NCBI GenBank assembly: GCA_965209055.1
Contig: OZ242374.1
Location: 1,152,001-1,216,000 of the forward strand
Length of the DNA stretch: 64,000 bases
Direction: 5' to 3'
From: Acidobacteriota bacterium
GTDB taxonomy: Bacteria; Acidobacteriota; UBA6911; RPQK01; JAJDTT01
Shown piece by piece: positions 49,440 through 60,419 of the stretch (positions are counted from its first letter, which is position 1; each line of letters opens with the position of its first letter). The notes below the pieces were generated by a model. It was not told the DNA's origin. It saw nothing but the letters and a program-made list of their open reading frames with translations, and searched no databases. The translations under genes and the position numbers were made by a program.

Positions 49440-50372
49440 CTACCAGGTGGCGCTGTCTCGGACCAGCGGGGGCTTCCCCACCTTCACCCGGCGGGCCCCG
49501 ACGCTATCGAGGCGGTCGAGCCGCGGCGCCCCCTCCAACGCCTGGAGGTCGGCGTCGAAGTACTCGAACCAGGGGAGCCCGGCTTCGGTGTAGTCGGCGG
49601 CGGTGGGCGGCTCATACGGCGGCGCGTATCCGGTCACCGTCCGGTATTGCCCGCTGTTGAGGAGGTGGACGAAACAACGTGAGCGGACGTCCCGCTCCCA
49701 GGCGGAGAATCCGTAGTCGTCGGAGTAGACCTCCTGGCGCATCATCCCGCCGGGCGCGAGGCCCATTTCGCTATCCGGCAGCGCCGAACAATAGATGGCA
49801 TCGATTTCGTAGGAGTCGGGGACCCTTTCGGCCATCAGTCTCTCGTACCGCGACGCCTTCATCGGATAGACGACGAACTGCAGGCCGCCATGCTCCGCGG
49901 CTCCCGTCAACTGCTCCTCGGCCGTATAGCCCTGCCCGAGGGGCATGGCGACAAACTGGCGGATCAATCCCTTGCGCACGCAGAAGCCGTCGAGCCAGGG
50001 CTGATCCGGGATCACGACATAGTCCTGGGGCCGCCGGTGCAGCTCGTTGCGGAACGATTGTCCCGTGACGGCGTCGACTTTCCCGGTCGATACCTTGACG
50101 GCCATGGGGTACGAGCCACCGAAAGAAATCCAGAGCGCCTCCGCCTGGTACATGGGCATGAAAACGCCGCCATGATCGCTCCACCGTTGCGGCAGGCGAT
50201 GGGCATAGTCCTCCACGTGGTGCAACGGAAACACTCCCAGTCCCGGGGGCAGGGGATACTCACGGTCGTCATCCGGAATCCGCAGGGTCCTCGCAAACGA
50301 AATCGAACACCTCGCCTCCCGATGGACCTCCGGAAAGCTGAAAGCCAACGTATCGTGCCGTAGTTCAATCAT
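49440..50372 (-). CDS. Conserved hypothetical protein
   Basis: RTLRIPDD..YPLPPGLG.FPL, PMYQAEALWISF, QPWLDG, RQFVAMPLG; function unknown. Confidence 0.8.
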   Translation of the reverse strand: MIELRHDTLAFSFPEVHREARCSISFARTLRIPDDDREYPLPPGLGVFPLHHVEDYAHRLPQRWSDHGGVFMPMYQAEALWISFGGSYPMAVKVSTGKVDAVTGQSFRNELHRRPQDYVVIPDQPWLDGFCVRKGLIRQFVAMPLGQGYTAEEQLTGAAEHGGLQFVVYPMKASRYERLMAERVPDSYEIDAIYCSALPDSEMGLAPGGMMRQEVYSDDYGFSAWERDVRSRCFVHLLNSGQYRTVTGYAPPYEPPTAADYTEAGLPWFEYFDADLQALEGAPRLDRLDSVGARRVKVGKPPLVRDSATW

Positions 50373-50416
50373 TTTCTCCTCCTCTCCTGTTCCCCCAGGT
50401 TCCTGCAACCTGTCCT

Positions 50417-50767
50417 TCACCAGTCACCGTCGCGAATCTCTCTTGCAACCCTCAGCACCGCGTGGTCCGGCGCCTCGCGGAGTTGACGCAGCAGATCGGC
50501 GAAGAGTTTTGGACGGAGCATCACGATCTCCTGAAGGTCCTTGGACACCTTCCCCCCCATCGCCAGCAGCACGTCGGCATCCTCGTCCAGCTCCATGGCG
50601 AGCCGGCGGATGGTCCGCTCCGACGGAGGCGGTGTCTGTCCCCGCTCGATCTTGCTCAGGTAGGCCGGCTCGATTCCGACGCGCCCGGCCACCTGCCGCA
50701 ACGAGAAGGTCCGGTCCTTGCGCCGCCGCCGTTCCCGGACCTCTCGAATGTATTCTCCAAACGCCAT
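50417..50767 (-). CDS. XRE-family HTH regulator
   Basis: FSLRQVAGRVGIEPAYLSKIERG. Confidence 0.88.
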   Translation of the reverse strand: MAFGEYIREVRERRRRKDRTFSLRQVAGRVGIEPAYLSKIERGQTPPPSERTIRRLAMELDEDADVLLAMGGKVSKDLQEIVMLRPKLFADLLRQLREAPDHAVLRVAREIRDGDW

Positions 50768-50956
50768 TCCGACCCCGGGACCGATCGTTTCGTCCCTCGT
50801 TCGAGTGTGTACTATATACTACACACTACATATGACAAACGGAGCGGCGGTTTCCAACCCCCAACCACGGGAGTGACCATAGGGGGAAAAAGAGTCGGCG
50901 GTAAGAAAACCGCCGCTCCGCGGGGGTGTGCTAAAATCAGGCCCGAAATTCCGCCC

Positions 50957-51931
50957 ATGAGATTGATCTCCATGGTGATTCCCCTTTTCAACGAGGAGGA
51001 ATCGCTCCCCGAGCTCTACCAAGGCATCGTCGAGGAATTGAGTCCCCGGTCCGGCGACCTGGAGATCATCTTCGTCGACGACGGCAGCACCGACGGTTCC
51101 TTCGCCACGCTGACGCGCCTTCAGCAACGCGACTCCCGGATCCGGATCATTCGGTTTCGCCGGAATTTCGGGAAGTCAGCGGCTTTGGCGGCGGGTTTTC
51201 AGCACGCCCGGGGAGAGGTCGTGGTCACCATGGACGCTGACCTTCAGGATCGACCCCACGAGGTGGGCAAGCTGTTGGACCGGCTCGAAGAGGGGTTCGA
51301 CCTGGTCTCCGGATGGAAGGTCAAGCGCCGCGACCCCTGGCGCAAGCGCGCCGCGTCGCGGATCTTCAACTTCGTCACCGCCTTCCTGACGGGAGTTCCG
51401 CTCCACGACCTCAACTGCGGACTCAAGGCCTATCGCCGGGAGGTGATCCGCGAGGTGAAGGTCTACGGCGAGATGCACCGGTTCATTCCGGTCCTGGCCA
51501 GCTACCGCGGCTTTCGCATCGGCGAGGTCCCGGTGGACCATGCGCCCCGCGCCTACGGGCGCAGCAAGTACGGGGCGAGCCGATTCCTGGGCGGCTTCTT
51601 CGATCTCCTGACGGTGATCATGCTGACCCGCTACAACAGCAAACCGCTGCACGTCTTCGGGATTCTGGGCCTGGTGCTGCTGCTGGCCGGCTTTTGTGTC
51701 GAGGCCTACCTCACGGTGGGTTGGCTGCAGGGTCAATGGATCGAGGACCGGCCCCTGTTCATGCTGGGAATCCTGCTCCTCATCGTGGGCGTCCAGTTCA
51801 TCTTCTTCGGGCTCCTGGCCGAGATGATCGCCTACTCGTCCCGCAGGGAAGGGGACTACTCGGTGCGCGAGGTCCGGGTGGCGGAACCGGAGGAGGCCAG
51901 CTCAAAGTCCCTGGTCTCTCTGCCCGGATGA
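50957..51931 (+). CDS. GT2 polyprenol-phosphate glycosyltransferase (ArnC/GtrB/DPM1-like)
   Basis: VIPLFNEEE, RNFGKSAAL, MDADLQD, two C-terminal TMs. Confidence 0.9.
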   Translation: MRLISMVIPLFNEEESLPELYQGIVEELSPRSGDLEIIFVDDGSTDGSFATLTRLQQRDSRIRIIRFRRNFGKSAALAAGFQHARGEVVVTMDADLQDRPHEVGKLLDRLEEGFDLVSGWKVKRRDPWRKRAASRIFNFVTAFLTGVPLHDLNCGLKAYRREVIREVKVYGEMHRFIPVLASYRGFRIGEVPVDHAPRAYGRSKYGASRFLGGFFDLLTVIMLTRYNSKPLHVFGILGLVLLLAGFCVEAYLTVGWLQGQWIEDRPLFMLGILLLIVGVQFIFFGLLAEMIAYSSRREGDYSVREVRVAEPEEASSKSLVSLPG

Positions 51932-53070
51932 GGATCGCCCTCCTGGGTCCGGCCCATCCCCTGCGCGGCGGAATCGCCCAGTACACCGCATCCCTTTACG
52001 GGGAGCTGGAGCGGCGCCACCAGGTGCGCATCTTTTCCTTCCGGAAGCTCTATCCCCGGTTGCTGTTTCCCGGAAGCTCCGAGTTGGACCGGAGCCCCAG
52101 CGCCTGGCGGGTGCCCTCCGTCAGGATCCTCCGGCCCCTCCGGCCCGGGAGTTGGGCCGCGGCGGCCCGGAGAGTCGCCGCCTGGGAGCCCGAACTGCTG
52201 GTCTTCCAATGGTGGCACCCTTTCTTCGGTCCGGCCTATGCCGACCTGATCCGGCGCTTCCGCAAGCGGTCGGCGGCGGTGATCCTGTTTCTGTGCCACA
52301 ACGTCTTTCCCCACGAGCGGATGGGGAGCCGCGTGCTGGAGAAGATGCTGGTGAGGATGGCCTTTCGCCGCGTGGACGGCTTCCTGGTCCAGTCGCAGGG
52401 CCTGGCCCGGCAGGTGCGGGAACTCCGTCCCGCGGTCCCGGTCCGCAGGGTCCGTCATCCCGCCTATTCCTTCTACCGGCGCTGGGACTCCGAAACGTCC
52501 CGGCCGGCCGGGAAACCCAGCATCCTCTTTTTCGGCAACATCCGGGCCTACAAGGGGCTCGACGTCCTCATCGAGGCTTTCGCCCGGGTTCGCAAGGAGC
52601 TGGAGGCGGAGCTGGTGGTGGCGGGGGAGTTCTATTCCGATCCCGGTCCCCTGAAGGAACGGGTCCGGGCTCTCGGCCTCGACGGCGATGTTCGCTGGAC
52701 CGGCGCCTATGTGCCCAACCGCGAGGTGCCCGCCCTCTTCCGCCGCGCCCACGTGGTGGCGCTTCCCTACCGGAGCGCGACCCAGAGCGGAATCGTCCCG
52801 CTGGCCTACCAGTTCGGCGTCCCGGTCATCGCCAGCGACGTGGGCGGACTCTCGGAGGTGGTGCGGGACGGCAGGACCGGGCTCCTCTTTCCAGCCGGGG
52901 ATTCCGAACGGCTGGCGAGTCTCCTGGTAGATTATTTTCGCCGGAATCTGCGGCCGCGGTTCCAGCCCCACATCCTGGAATTCAACCGGAAGCTGGGTTG
53001 GGAGCGGGTGGCCGGACCGATTCTGGAGCTGGCCCGGTCGCTGGGAGCGAAGGAAGACGGGGAAGTCTGA
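51928..53070 (+). CDS. Glycosyltransferase family 4
   Basis: RGGIAQY, FFGNIRAYKG, PYRSATQSG, SDVGGLSE. Confidence 0.9.
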   Translation: MRIALLGPAHPLRGGIAQYTASLYGELERRHQVRIFSFRKLYPRLLFPGSSELDRSPSAWRVPSVRILRPLRPGSWAAAARRVAAWEPELLVFQWWHPFFGPAYADLIRRFRKRSAAVILFLCHNVFPHERMGSRVLEKMLVRMAFRRVDGFLVQSQGLARQVRELRPAVPVRRVRHPAYSFYRRWDSETSRPAGKPSILFFGNIRAYKGLDVLIEAFARVRKELEAELVVAGEFYSDPGPLKERVRALGLDGDVRWTGAYVPNREVPALFRRAHVVALPYRSATQSGIVPLAYQFGVPVIASDVGGLSEVVRDGRTGLLFPAGDSERLASLLVDYFRRNLRPRFQPHILEFNRKLGWERVAGPILELARSLGAKEDGEV

Positions 53071-53072
53071 TC

Positions 53073-55334
53073 ATGTCGGGGAGAAGGAAACACCGGAGGT
53101 CGCCTCCTGGTCCTGCCGCCCGTCTCTGGCGGCCGGACCTGCTCTACCCGTGCCTCCTCCTGGCCCTCGTCCTGGGCCTCTACTGGAACACGCTGGGCCA
53201 CGATTTCGTCCACGACGACCTCACCCTGATCCAGCAGAACCGGACGGTGACGGAGCAGCGGTGGGGCGAGATCCTGAGTCCCCGGGTCTACCGGCCGGTC
53301 CGCACCCTCACCTACGCCCTGAACTATTGGGCGGGCGGGCTGGACCCCACCGGGTACCACCTCTTCAACCTGCTCCTGCACGCTCTGAATTCGTTGCTGG
53401 TCTACTGGCTCTTCCGGGCCGTCACCGGCCGCCGGACGCTGGCGTTGGCCGGAGCGCTCCTCTTTGCCGCCCACCCGGTTCAGACCGCCGCCACGGCCTA
53501 CGTCTCGGGACGGAAAGACCTGTTGGCCGCCTTCTTCATCCTCGGGGGGTGCCTGTCGTTCCTCTCCTACCGGGACTCGGGCCGGCGCCGGTATCTCCTT
53601 GTCTGTCTCGCCTGCCTAGTGATGGGCGTCCTGGCCAAGGAACTGGTCATCGTCCTTCCGGCGCTGCTCCTGCTGTTGGACCTGTGCCGGACGGACCGGT
53701 CCCGGGGCCCGGGGGGCGAGCCGGCGACGGTTCGCATCGTCCGCGCTCTCCTGCGTTCCCGGATCGCCTACGCTCTGGGTTTTCTCCTGGCCGCGGTTTC
53801 GTTCTACTACGCCCTTTATCTGAGTCCGGCCAGCCGCATGGAGGGACTCTGGGGTGGGAGCCTGGCGGCCCACGCCGGCACCTCCTTCAAGCTGTTCTCC
53901 CACTACCTGGCGCTGGCGGTGTTCCCTCACCCCTTGATCGCGGACTACAGCGGAGAGGTTTTTCCCCTCTCTCCCGGGTTCGCCGACGCGGCGACGCTGC
54001 TGGCGGTGCTCCTGCTGGCGGCCTTCATCGCCTCCGCCGTCTGGCTCTATCCTTCCCGGCCCCTGGTCTCGCTGGGAATGGGCTGGTTCCTGACGGCGTT
54101 GGCGCCGGTGCTCCAGATCGTCCCCTTTCACGAGTTGGCGGCCGACCACTTTCTCTACGTCCCGCTGATCGGGGTTTGCCTCGTGGGTGGGTTGACCGTG
54201 GACTACGTCTCCCGGGAAAGGGGTTACAGGGAGCTGGCCCTGGGAGTTCTGGCGCTGGTCGTGGTCGTCTTCTCGGTGCGCACCGTGGGGCGCAACCGGG
54301 ACTGGGCCGACGTCGGGACCCTGTGGCGGGCGACCCTGGAACAGGCGCCCGGGTCGTACCGCGCCCACAGCAATCTGGCGGTCACCTACATGGGGAAGCA
54401 GGAGCCGGAGGCGGCCCTGAAACACACTCTGAGAGCCTTGGAGCTGAATCCCGGACGGGCCCTGGAGTGGAGCAATCTGAGCGCCCTGTACGTCCAACTG
54501 GCGGAACGGGCGCGAGCGCAGAGGAAATACGACCTGGCGTCGAGTCTGCTGGACAAGTGCCGCGAGGCGGCGGAAGAAGCCCTGGAGAGAGACGACTCGA
54601 ACTTCATGAGCCTGGCCAACATGGGGAACTGCTTCGAGAAGGAGGCCGAGGTCGCCGTCGACACGGGAGAGACGGAAGAAGTCGTGCTGCTGCGGCAGAC
54701 CGCGTTGAGCTACTTCCAGAGGTCTCTCAAGTTCCGGAACCGCGAACCCTCCGCCCGCATGGTCTGGCTGTCGATCGGAGGCATCTTCCTGGACCAGGCC
54801 CGCGTGGCCCACAGTCAGCGGGTTGAAGCCTTCAACAAGGGGGAGTTCCGACGATTGCAGGAGTTCGAGAAGCAGGCCAACGAGCTCTACGAACAGGCGA
54901 TCGTCCATTTCAGGAAATTCGTGGAGGCCTATCCCGGCAGCCGCCAGGGACAGCTCAACCTGGGGCTCTGCTACGTTCACCTGAAGAAATTCCAGGAGGC
55001 CGTTCCACACCTGGAGCGGGCCGTCCGCCTCCGGGCCGAGCCGGAGAGCGTGAACCTGCTGGCCCACTGCTACGACCGGACGGGCGACGGCGACCGGGCC
55101 GTCCGCCTCTACCGCCAGTCGATTCGCCTCCGGGCCGCGGCCGAGACCCATTACAATCTGGGCGTGCTCCTCCGGCGCCGGGGCGAGCTGGCGGAGGCGG
55201 AGAAGAATCTGAAGCGCGCCCTGGAGTTGTCGCCGTCCAGGGACCTGGCCCGCAAGATCGGTATCGTGCGGGGCCTCATTCAAGACCATGTACGCCGATC
55301 ACAAGATCACGGTCGTCATCCCCTGCCTCAATGA
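53073..55334 (+). CDS. TMTC-like membrane glycosyltransferase (GT-C) with TPR repeats
   Basis: FVHDD, YRPVRT.T, YHLFNLLLH, LFAAHPV, KE, then TPRs. Confidence 0.8.
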   Translation: MSGRRKHRRSPPGPAARLWRPDLLYPCLLLALVLGLYWNTLGHDFVHDDLTLIQQNRTVTEQRWGEILSPRVYRPVRTLTYALNYWAGGLDPTGYHLFNLLLHALNSLLVYWLFRAVTGRRTLALAGALLFAAHPVQTAATAYVSGRKDLLAAFFILGGCLSFLSYRDSGRRRYLLVCLACLVMGVLAKELVIVLPALLLLLDLCRTDRSRGPGGEPATVRIVRALLRSRIAYALGFLLAAVSFYYALYLSPASRMEGLWGGSLAAHAGTSFKLFSHYLALAVFPHPLIADYSGEVFPLSPGFADAATLLAVLLLAAFIASAVWLYPSRPLVSLGMGWFLTALAPVLQIVPFHELAADHFLYVPLIGVCLVGGLTVDYVSRERGYRELALGVLALVVVVFSVRTVGRNRDWADVGTLWRATLEQAPGSYRAHSNLAVTYMGKQEPEAALKHTLRALELNPGRALEWSNLSALYVQLAERARAQRKYDLASSLLDKCREAAEEALERDDSNFMSLANMGNCFEKEAEVAVDTGETEEVVLLRQTALSYFQRSLKFRNREPSARMVWLSIGGIFLDQARVAHSQRVEAFNKGEFRRLQEFEKQANELYEQAIVHFRKFVEAYPGSRQGQLNLGLCYVHLKKFQEAVPHLERAVRLRAEPESVNLLAHCYDRTGDGDRAVRLYRQSIRLRAAAETHYNLGVLLRRRGELAEAEKNLKRALELSPSRDLARKIGIVRGLIQDHVRRSQDHGRHPLPQ

Positions 55335-55962
55335 GGAGGAGGGGATCCGCATGGTCCTGGAGCGGATCCCCCGGTTCGTGGACGAGGTCATCGTGGTGGA
55401 CAACGGCTCCACCGACGCCACGGCCCGGGTCGCCGCGGGTCTGGGGGCCCGCGTGATCCGGGAGGACGTGCGCGGGTATGGCCGCGCCTACAAGACGGGC
55501 CTGCTCCACGCCCAGGGGGACATCATCGTGACGCTGGACGGGGACCACTCCTACCCCGTCGACTCCCTCTCCTACCTGATCGAGGCGCTCATGGGCGCCG
55601 ACGTGGGCTTCGTCTCCGCTTCCCGGTTCCCGGTGCAGAACCCCAAGGCCATGTCCTGGACCAGCTTCGTCGGAAACAAGTGCCTGAGCGTGGTCCTCTC
55701 GGTCCTGTTCCTGCGCCGGGTCCGGGACTCCCAGTCGGGGATGTGGATCTTCTACCGGGAGGCGCTGGAGAACATGAACCTGGTCAGCGACGGGATGGCC
55801 TTCTCCGAGGAGATCAAGATCGAAGCCATGCGCCATCCCCGGATCGGCTTCAAGGAGATCCCCATCAACTACTCGAACCGCGCCGGAGAGGTGAAGCTCC
55901 GGCCCTGGAGAGACGGTTGGAGCAACCTGGTCTTCCTCTTCAGGAAACGGTTCGGAGGGTGA
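55288..55962 (+). CDS. GT2 DPM1-like glycosyltransferase
   Basis: IPCLNEE, GYG.A, LDGDHSYP, DSQSG. Confidence 0.9.
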   Translation: MYADHKITVVIPCLNEEEGIRMVLERIPRFVDEVIVVDNGSTDATARVAAGLGARVIREDVRGYGRAYKTGLLHAQGDIIVTLDGDHSYPVDSLSYLIEALMGADVGFVSASRFPVQNPKAMSWTSFVGNKCLSVVLSVLFLRRVRDSQSGMWIFYREALENMNLVSDGMAFSEEIKIEAMRHPRIGFKEIPINYSNRAGEVKLRPWRDGWSNLVFLFRKRFGG

Positions 55963-56933
55963 ACGTGGATCCGGACGCCATCCTCTCCTGCCCCGTCTGC
56001 CGGTTTCCCCGCTGCCGGTTCTGGCGCTGCCTGGAGGACCGCTTCTTCCGGGTCACGCGCGACACGTTTCCCCTCTACCTCTGTCCGGAATGCGGACTCC
56101 GCTTCCAGCGGGCGTCCGACGTTGCCGGCCGGATCCCCGGCTTCTACCCGCCCGGCTACTGGTGGGACCCGGAGGGGGACCCCCGGGGCGTGGAGGGTCT
56201 CTACCGGGAGTGGGTCCTGCGGCGCGACCATTTGCGCTTCGTCCTCTCGGCGGCCCCGCCGGGGAACGGCCGCCGCCTCCTGGACATCGGCTGCGGCAGC
56301 GGCACCTTTCTGAAGCTGGCCCGGGAGGCCGGTTTCCGGGTCAAGGGGCTGGAGGCCTCCCCCGAGGCGGGGGAGGCGGCGGAGAAGATCCTGCCGGGCC
56401 GGGTGGTGGTGGGAGACGAACGGGACCTGATCAGAAGCGGCGCCAGGTTCGACGTGCTCACCCTCTTTCACGTCCTGGAGCACCTGCCCCGGCCGCTGGA
56501 CTACCTTCGCCGGGTCCGCCGGCTCCTGGCCGATGATGGCGGTCTGGTGGTCCAGGTTCCCAACAGCCACAGCATCCAGGCGGCGCTCCTGGGCTCCCGC
56601 TGGTACGGCCTGGACTGTCCCCGCCACATTCACAACTTCACGTCGCAGGCGCTCATCGAGCTGCTCGGGCGCGCCGGCTTCCGGGTTCGCCGCGTGCGCC
56701 ACTTCTCCCTGCGCGACAACGCCGCCGCCCTGGTCTCCAGCCTCTTCCCGGGCCTCGACCCCATGTCCCGGAAGGTCCGCCTGCTGCGCGAGGAGAAGCG
56801 GTCGCGCTCCTGGGGGCTCCTTGCGGCGGAGGCCGTCTATTTCGGGCTCCTGCTCCCGGCCCAGCCCCTTGCCGCCCTGGAAGCGGCCCTGGGAAGGGGC
56901 GCCACGGTGACGGTCTTCGCCACAGCCGAATAA
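55959..56933 (+). CDS. Class I SAM methyltransferase with N-terminal zinc-ribbon
   Basis: CPVC/CPEC, LLDIGCGSG, HVLEHL. Confidence 0.88.
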   Translation: MNVDPDAILSCPVCRFPRCRFWRCLEDRFFRVTRDTFPLYLCPECGLRFQRASDVAGRIPGFYPPGYWWDPEGDPRGVEGLYREWVLRRDHLRFVLSAAPPGNGRRLLDIGCGSGTFLKLAREAGFRVKGLEASPEAGEAAEKILPGRVVVGDERDLIRSGARFDVLTLFHVLEHLPRPLDYLRRVRRLLADDGGLVVQVPNSHSIQAALLGSRWYGLDCPRHIHNFTSQALIELLGRAGFRVRRVRHFSLRDNAAALVSSLFPGLDPMSRKVRLLREEKRSRSWGLLAAEAVYFGLLLPAQPLAALEAALGRGATVTVFATAE

Positions 56934-57090
56934 CCCTCCGAACCACCAGGAGCGGGGCGGCGGTTTCCTAACCGCCGAACTCCCCCTTGGCCGCCGAACT
57001 CCCCCTGGCACTCGGGTTGCTCCTCACAGAGAACCGGACCGGAATTGTCCAATCCGGCTCCGGGGGAGTAGACTTGCAGGGAGTGTTTCC

Positions 57091-57369
57091 ATGACGTTTG
57101 AAGTCACGGTCATTATCGTTTCGCTCGGTGGCCTTTATCTGACCACCACCGGCCTCATCCTCACCCAATTCCGGGCTGGTCATCGGGATCTCAGCGGACA
57201 ACTGGCGGACATCCGGTCGGATCTTCGTGACGCTGCTCGTGAAATCATCGAAATCCGTGATCGCATCGCCCAGGTCGAAGTCACGCTGACCCAACGCATC
57301 GCCCGGGTCGAAGGCAACGTGGAGATGCTCCGGGAGTACATCATGGGAAAAGGACGCGAGGCTGTCTGA
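57091..57369 (+). CDS. Small N-terminal-TM coiled-coil protein (member 9)
   Basis: TM...LILTQFRA, RIARVEGNVEMLREY; most like 10436-10681. Confidence 0.75.
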   Translation: MTFEVTVIIVSLGGLYLTTTGLILTQFRAGHRDLSGQLADIRSDLRDAAREIIEIRDRIAQVEVTLTQRIARVEGNVEMLREYIMGKGREAV

Positions 57370-57397
57370 ACTCCCTGGCATTCCGGGTCCATGACCA

Positions 57398-58456
57398 TTG
57401 GCCGATTCTCCGAAACGCAGTAGGAAACTTGTTTCCGTCGTCGTCGTGAATTACGGCCGCGCCGAACTGCTGCGCGCCTGCCTGAAATCTCTCCTGGACC
57501 AGACCTGGCCCCGCCTGGAAATCCTGGTGGTCGACAACGGATCCCGGGACCACAGCACGGAAGTCGCCTCCTCCTTCGCGGACCGCGGAATCCGGCTTCT
57601 GGCCCTCACCGAAAACCGGGGTTTCGCCGCCGCCGTCAACCTGGGGGTCCGCCGGGCCCGGGGCGAACTGGTGGCCCTGCTGAACAACGACGCCGTGGCG
57701 TCACCCGAATGGGTCGAGCAACTGGTGTCCGGCCTCGACGCCTCGCCGGACGTGGGCATGTGCGCCTCCAAGATCCTCTTTTACGGGTCCGACGTCATCG
57801 ACAAGGCGGGCCATCTCATCTTTCCGGACGGGCAGAACCGGGGCCGGGGGACCGGCGAGCCGGACCGGGGCCAGTACGACCGGAACCGGGAGGTCCTGGC
57901 GGCGGACGGCTGCGCCGCCCTCTACCGCAAGGAAGTCCTGAAGCAGGCGGGCGGCTTCGACGAGAATTTCTTCGCCTACGCGGAGGACGCCGACCTGGGG
58001 CTCCGGGCCCGCTGGCTGGGCTGGCGCTGCCGCTACGTGCACGGGGCGGTGGTGCATCATCACCACTCCTCGACGCTGGGTCCCTACTCGCCCCGGAAGA
58101 TCTACTGGGTGGAGCGGAACCGGATCTGGCTGGCGCTCAAGAACTTCCCCCTCCCCCTCCTGCTCCTGAACCCCTTTTTCACCATCTATCGTCTGGCCTG
58201 GAACCTCTGTGCGGCGCTGCTCCGCCGGGGGCCCGCCGGCAACTTCCGCCGGGAAGGCTCGCTGTGGCTCCTGCTCCGGGTCCAGCTCCGGGCCTGCCGG
58301 GACGCCCTCACCGGCGCCGGCCCGATGCTCCGCGAACGCCGCCGCATCCGGTCCACCCGCAAGATCGGAGACCTGGAATTCTGCCGCCATCTGTTCCGCT
58401 TCCGCATCTCCGCCTGCCGCCTCGCCTTCGGGGACAAGGAGCGGCGACATCCTTGA
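57398..58456 (+). CDS. Glycosyltransferase family 2
   Basis: VVVVNY, LLNNDA, GGFDENFFAYAED. Confidence 0.9.
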   Translation: MADSPKRSRKLVSVVVVNYGRAELLRACLKSLLDQTWPRLEILVVDNGSRDHSTEVASSFADRGIRLLALTENRGFAAAVNLGVRRARGELVALLNNDAVASPEWVEQLVSGLDASPDVGMCASKILFYGSDVIDKAGHLIFPDGQNRGRGTGEPDRGQYDRNREVLAADGCAALYRKEVLKQAGGFDENFFAYAEDADLGLRARWLGWRCRYVHGAVVHHHHSSTLGPYSPRKIYWVERNRIWLALKNFPLPLLLLNPFFTIYRLAWNLCAALLRRGPAGNFRREGSLWLLLRVQLRACRDALTGAGPMLRERRRIRSTRKIGDLEFCRHLFRFRISACRLAFGDKERRHP

Positions 58457-58506
58457 AGTGTGATAGTGTTCCCTGTTGCCGTGCCTCTCCGGCCGCAGCG
58501 TTCCGA

Positions 58507-58578
58507 GCTGGCGTAGCTCAAGGGTAGAGCAACTGATTTGTAATCAGTAGGTTGGGGGTTCGATTCCCTTCGCCAGCT
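58507..58578 (+). tRNA. tRNA-Thr(TGT)
   Basis: Cloverleaf; ctgat-ttgtaa-tcag anticodon arm; GTTCGATT. Confidence 0.95.
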
Positions 58579-58787
58579 CTCCTTCTTTGCCAGGCCCGGC
58601 CCGGGTGTCCCGGCCGGCGGCGTCAGGCCGTCCCAATTTGAGTTTGAAACGGTCCAACGAAGTGCGTATAATGTGGCACTTCCCGTATCCTCCCTGGCAA
58701 TCAGGCTGTTTTCCAGGAAGGTGGGGTGTACTGGCAGGAACAAAACGGCGGGGCGGACGGGGATTGGAGATTCCCCGATTGCAATGA

Positions 58788-58872
58788 GGAGGGGTGGTCG
58801 AGTGGACAAAGGCAACGGGCTGTAAACCCGTCGCCCTTCGGGGCTACGCAGGTTCGAATCCTGCCCCCTCCA
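58788..58872 (+). tRNA. tRNA-Tyr(GTA)
   Basis: acggg-ctgtaaa-cccgt arm, long variable arm, GGTTCGAATCC. Confidence 0.95.
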
Positions 58873-59001
58873 GACCAGGCGCCGGGAGCGGCGGGGAGCG
58901 GCGGTTTGGAACGGCGGTTTCTAACCGCCGAATCCGAAGCCAACCCTAATCGCCACGCTCCGGATTTCGGACGGACTCGAAATTTTCGCATACGGTCGAG
59001 A

Positions 59002-59077
59002 GCGGGAGTAACTCAGTTGGTAGAGTAATAGCCTTCCAAGCTATCGGTCGCGGGTTCGAGTCCCGTCTCCCGCTCCA
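59002..59077 (+). tRNA. tRNA-Gly(TCC)
   Basis: tagc-cttccaa-gcta arm; encoded CCA. Confidence 0.95.
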
Positions 59078-59117
59078 ACAGTGGCCTCGTGGACAACAGC
59101 CGGCGAGACGGGTATGT

Positions 59118-59189
<72 letters not shown>

Positions 59190-59227
59190 TTCCAACTGAC
59201 AGCCAAAGGTAATTCAGGAGTTCCATC

Positions 59228-60415
<1,188 letters not shown>

Positions 60416-60419
60416 GGCG

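Noticed and set aside
47209-50920. Integron cassette array
   Set aside because: Hairpins lack attC RYYYAAC/GTTRRRY ends and no IntI is present
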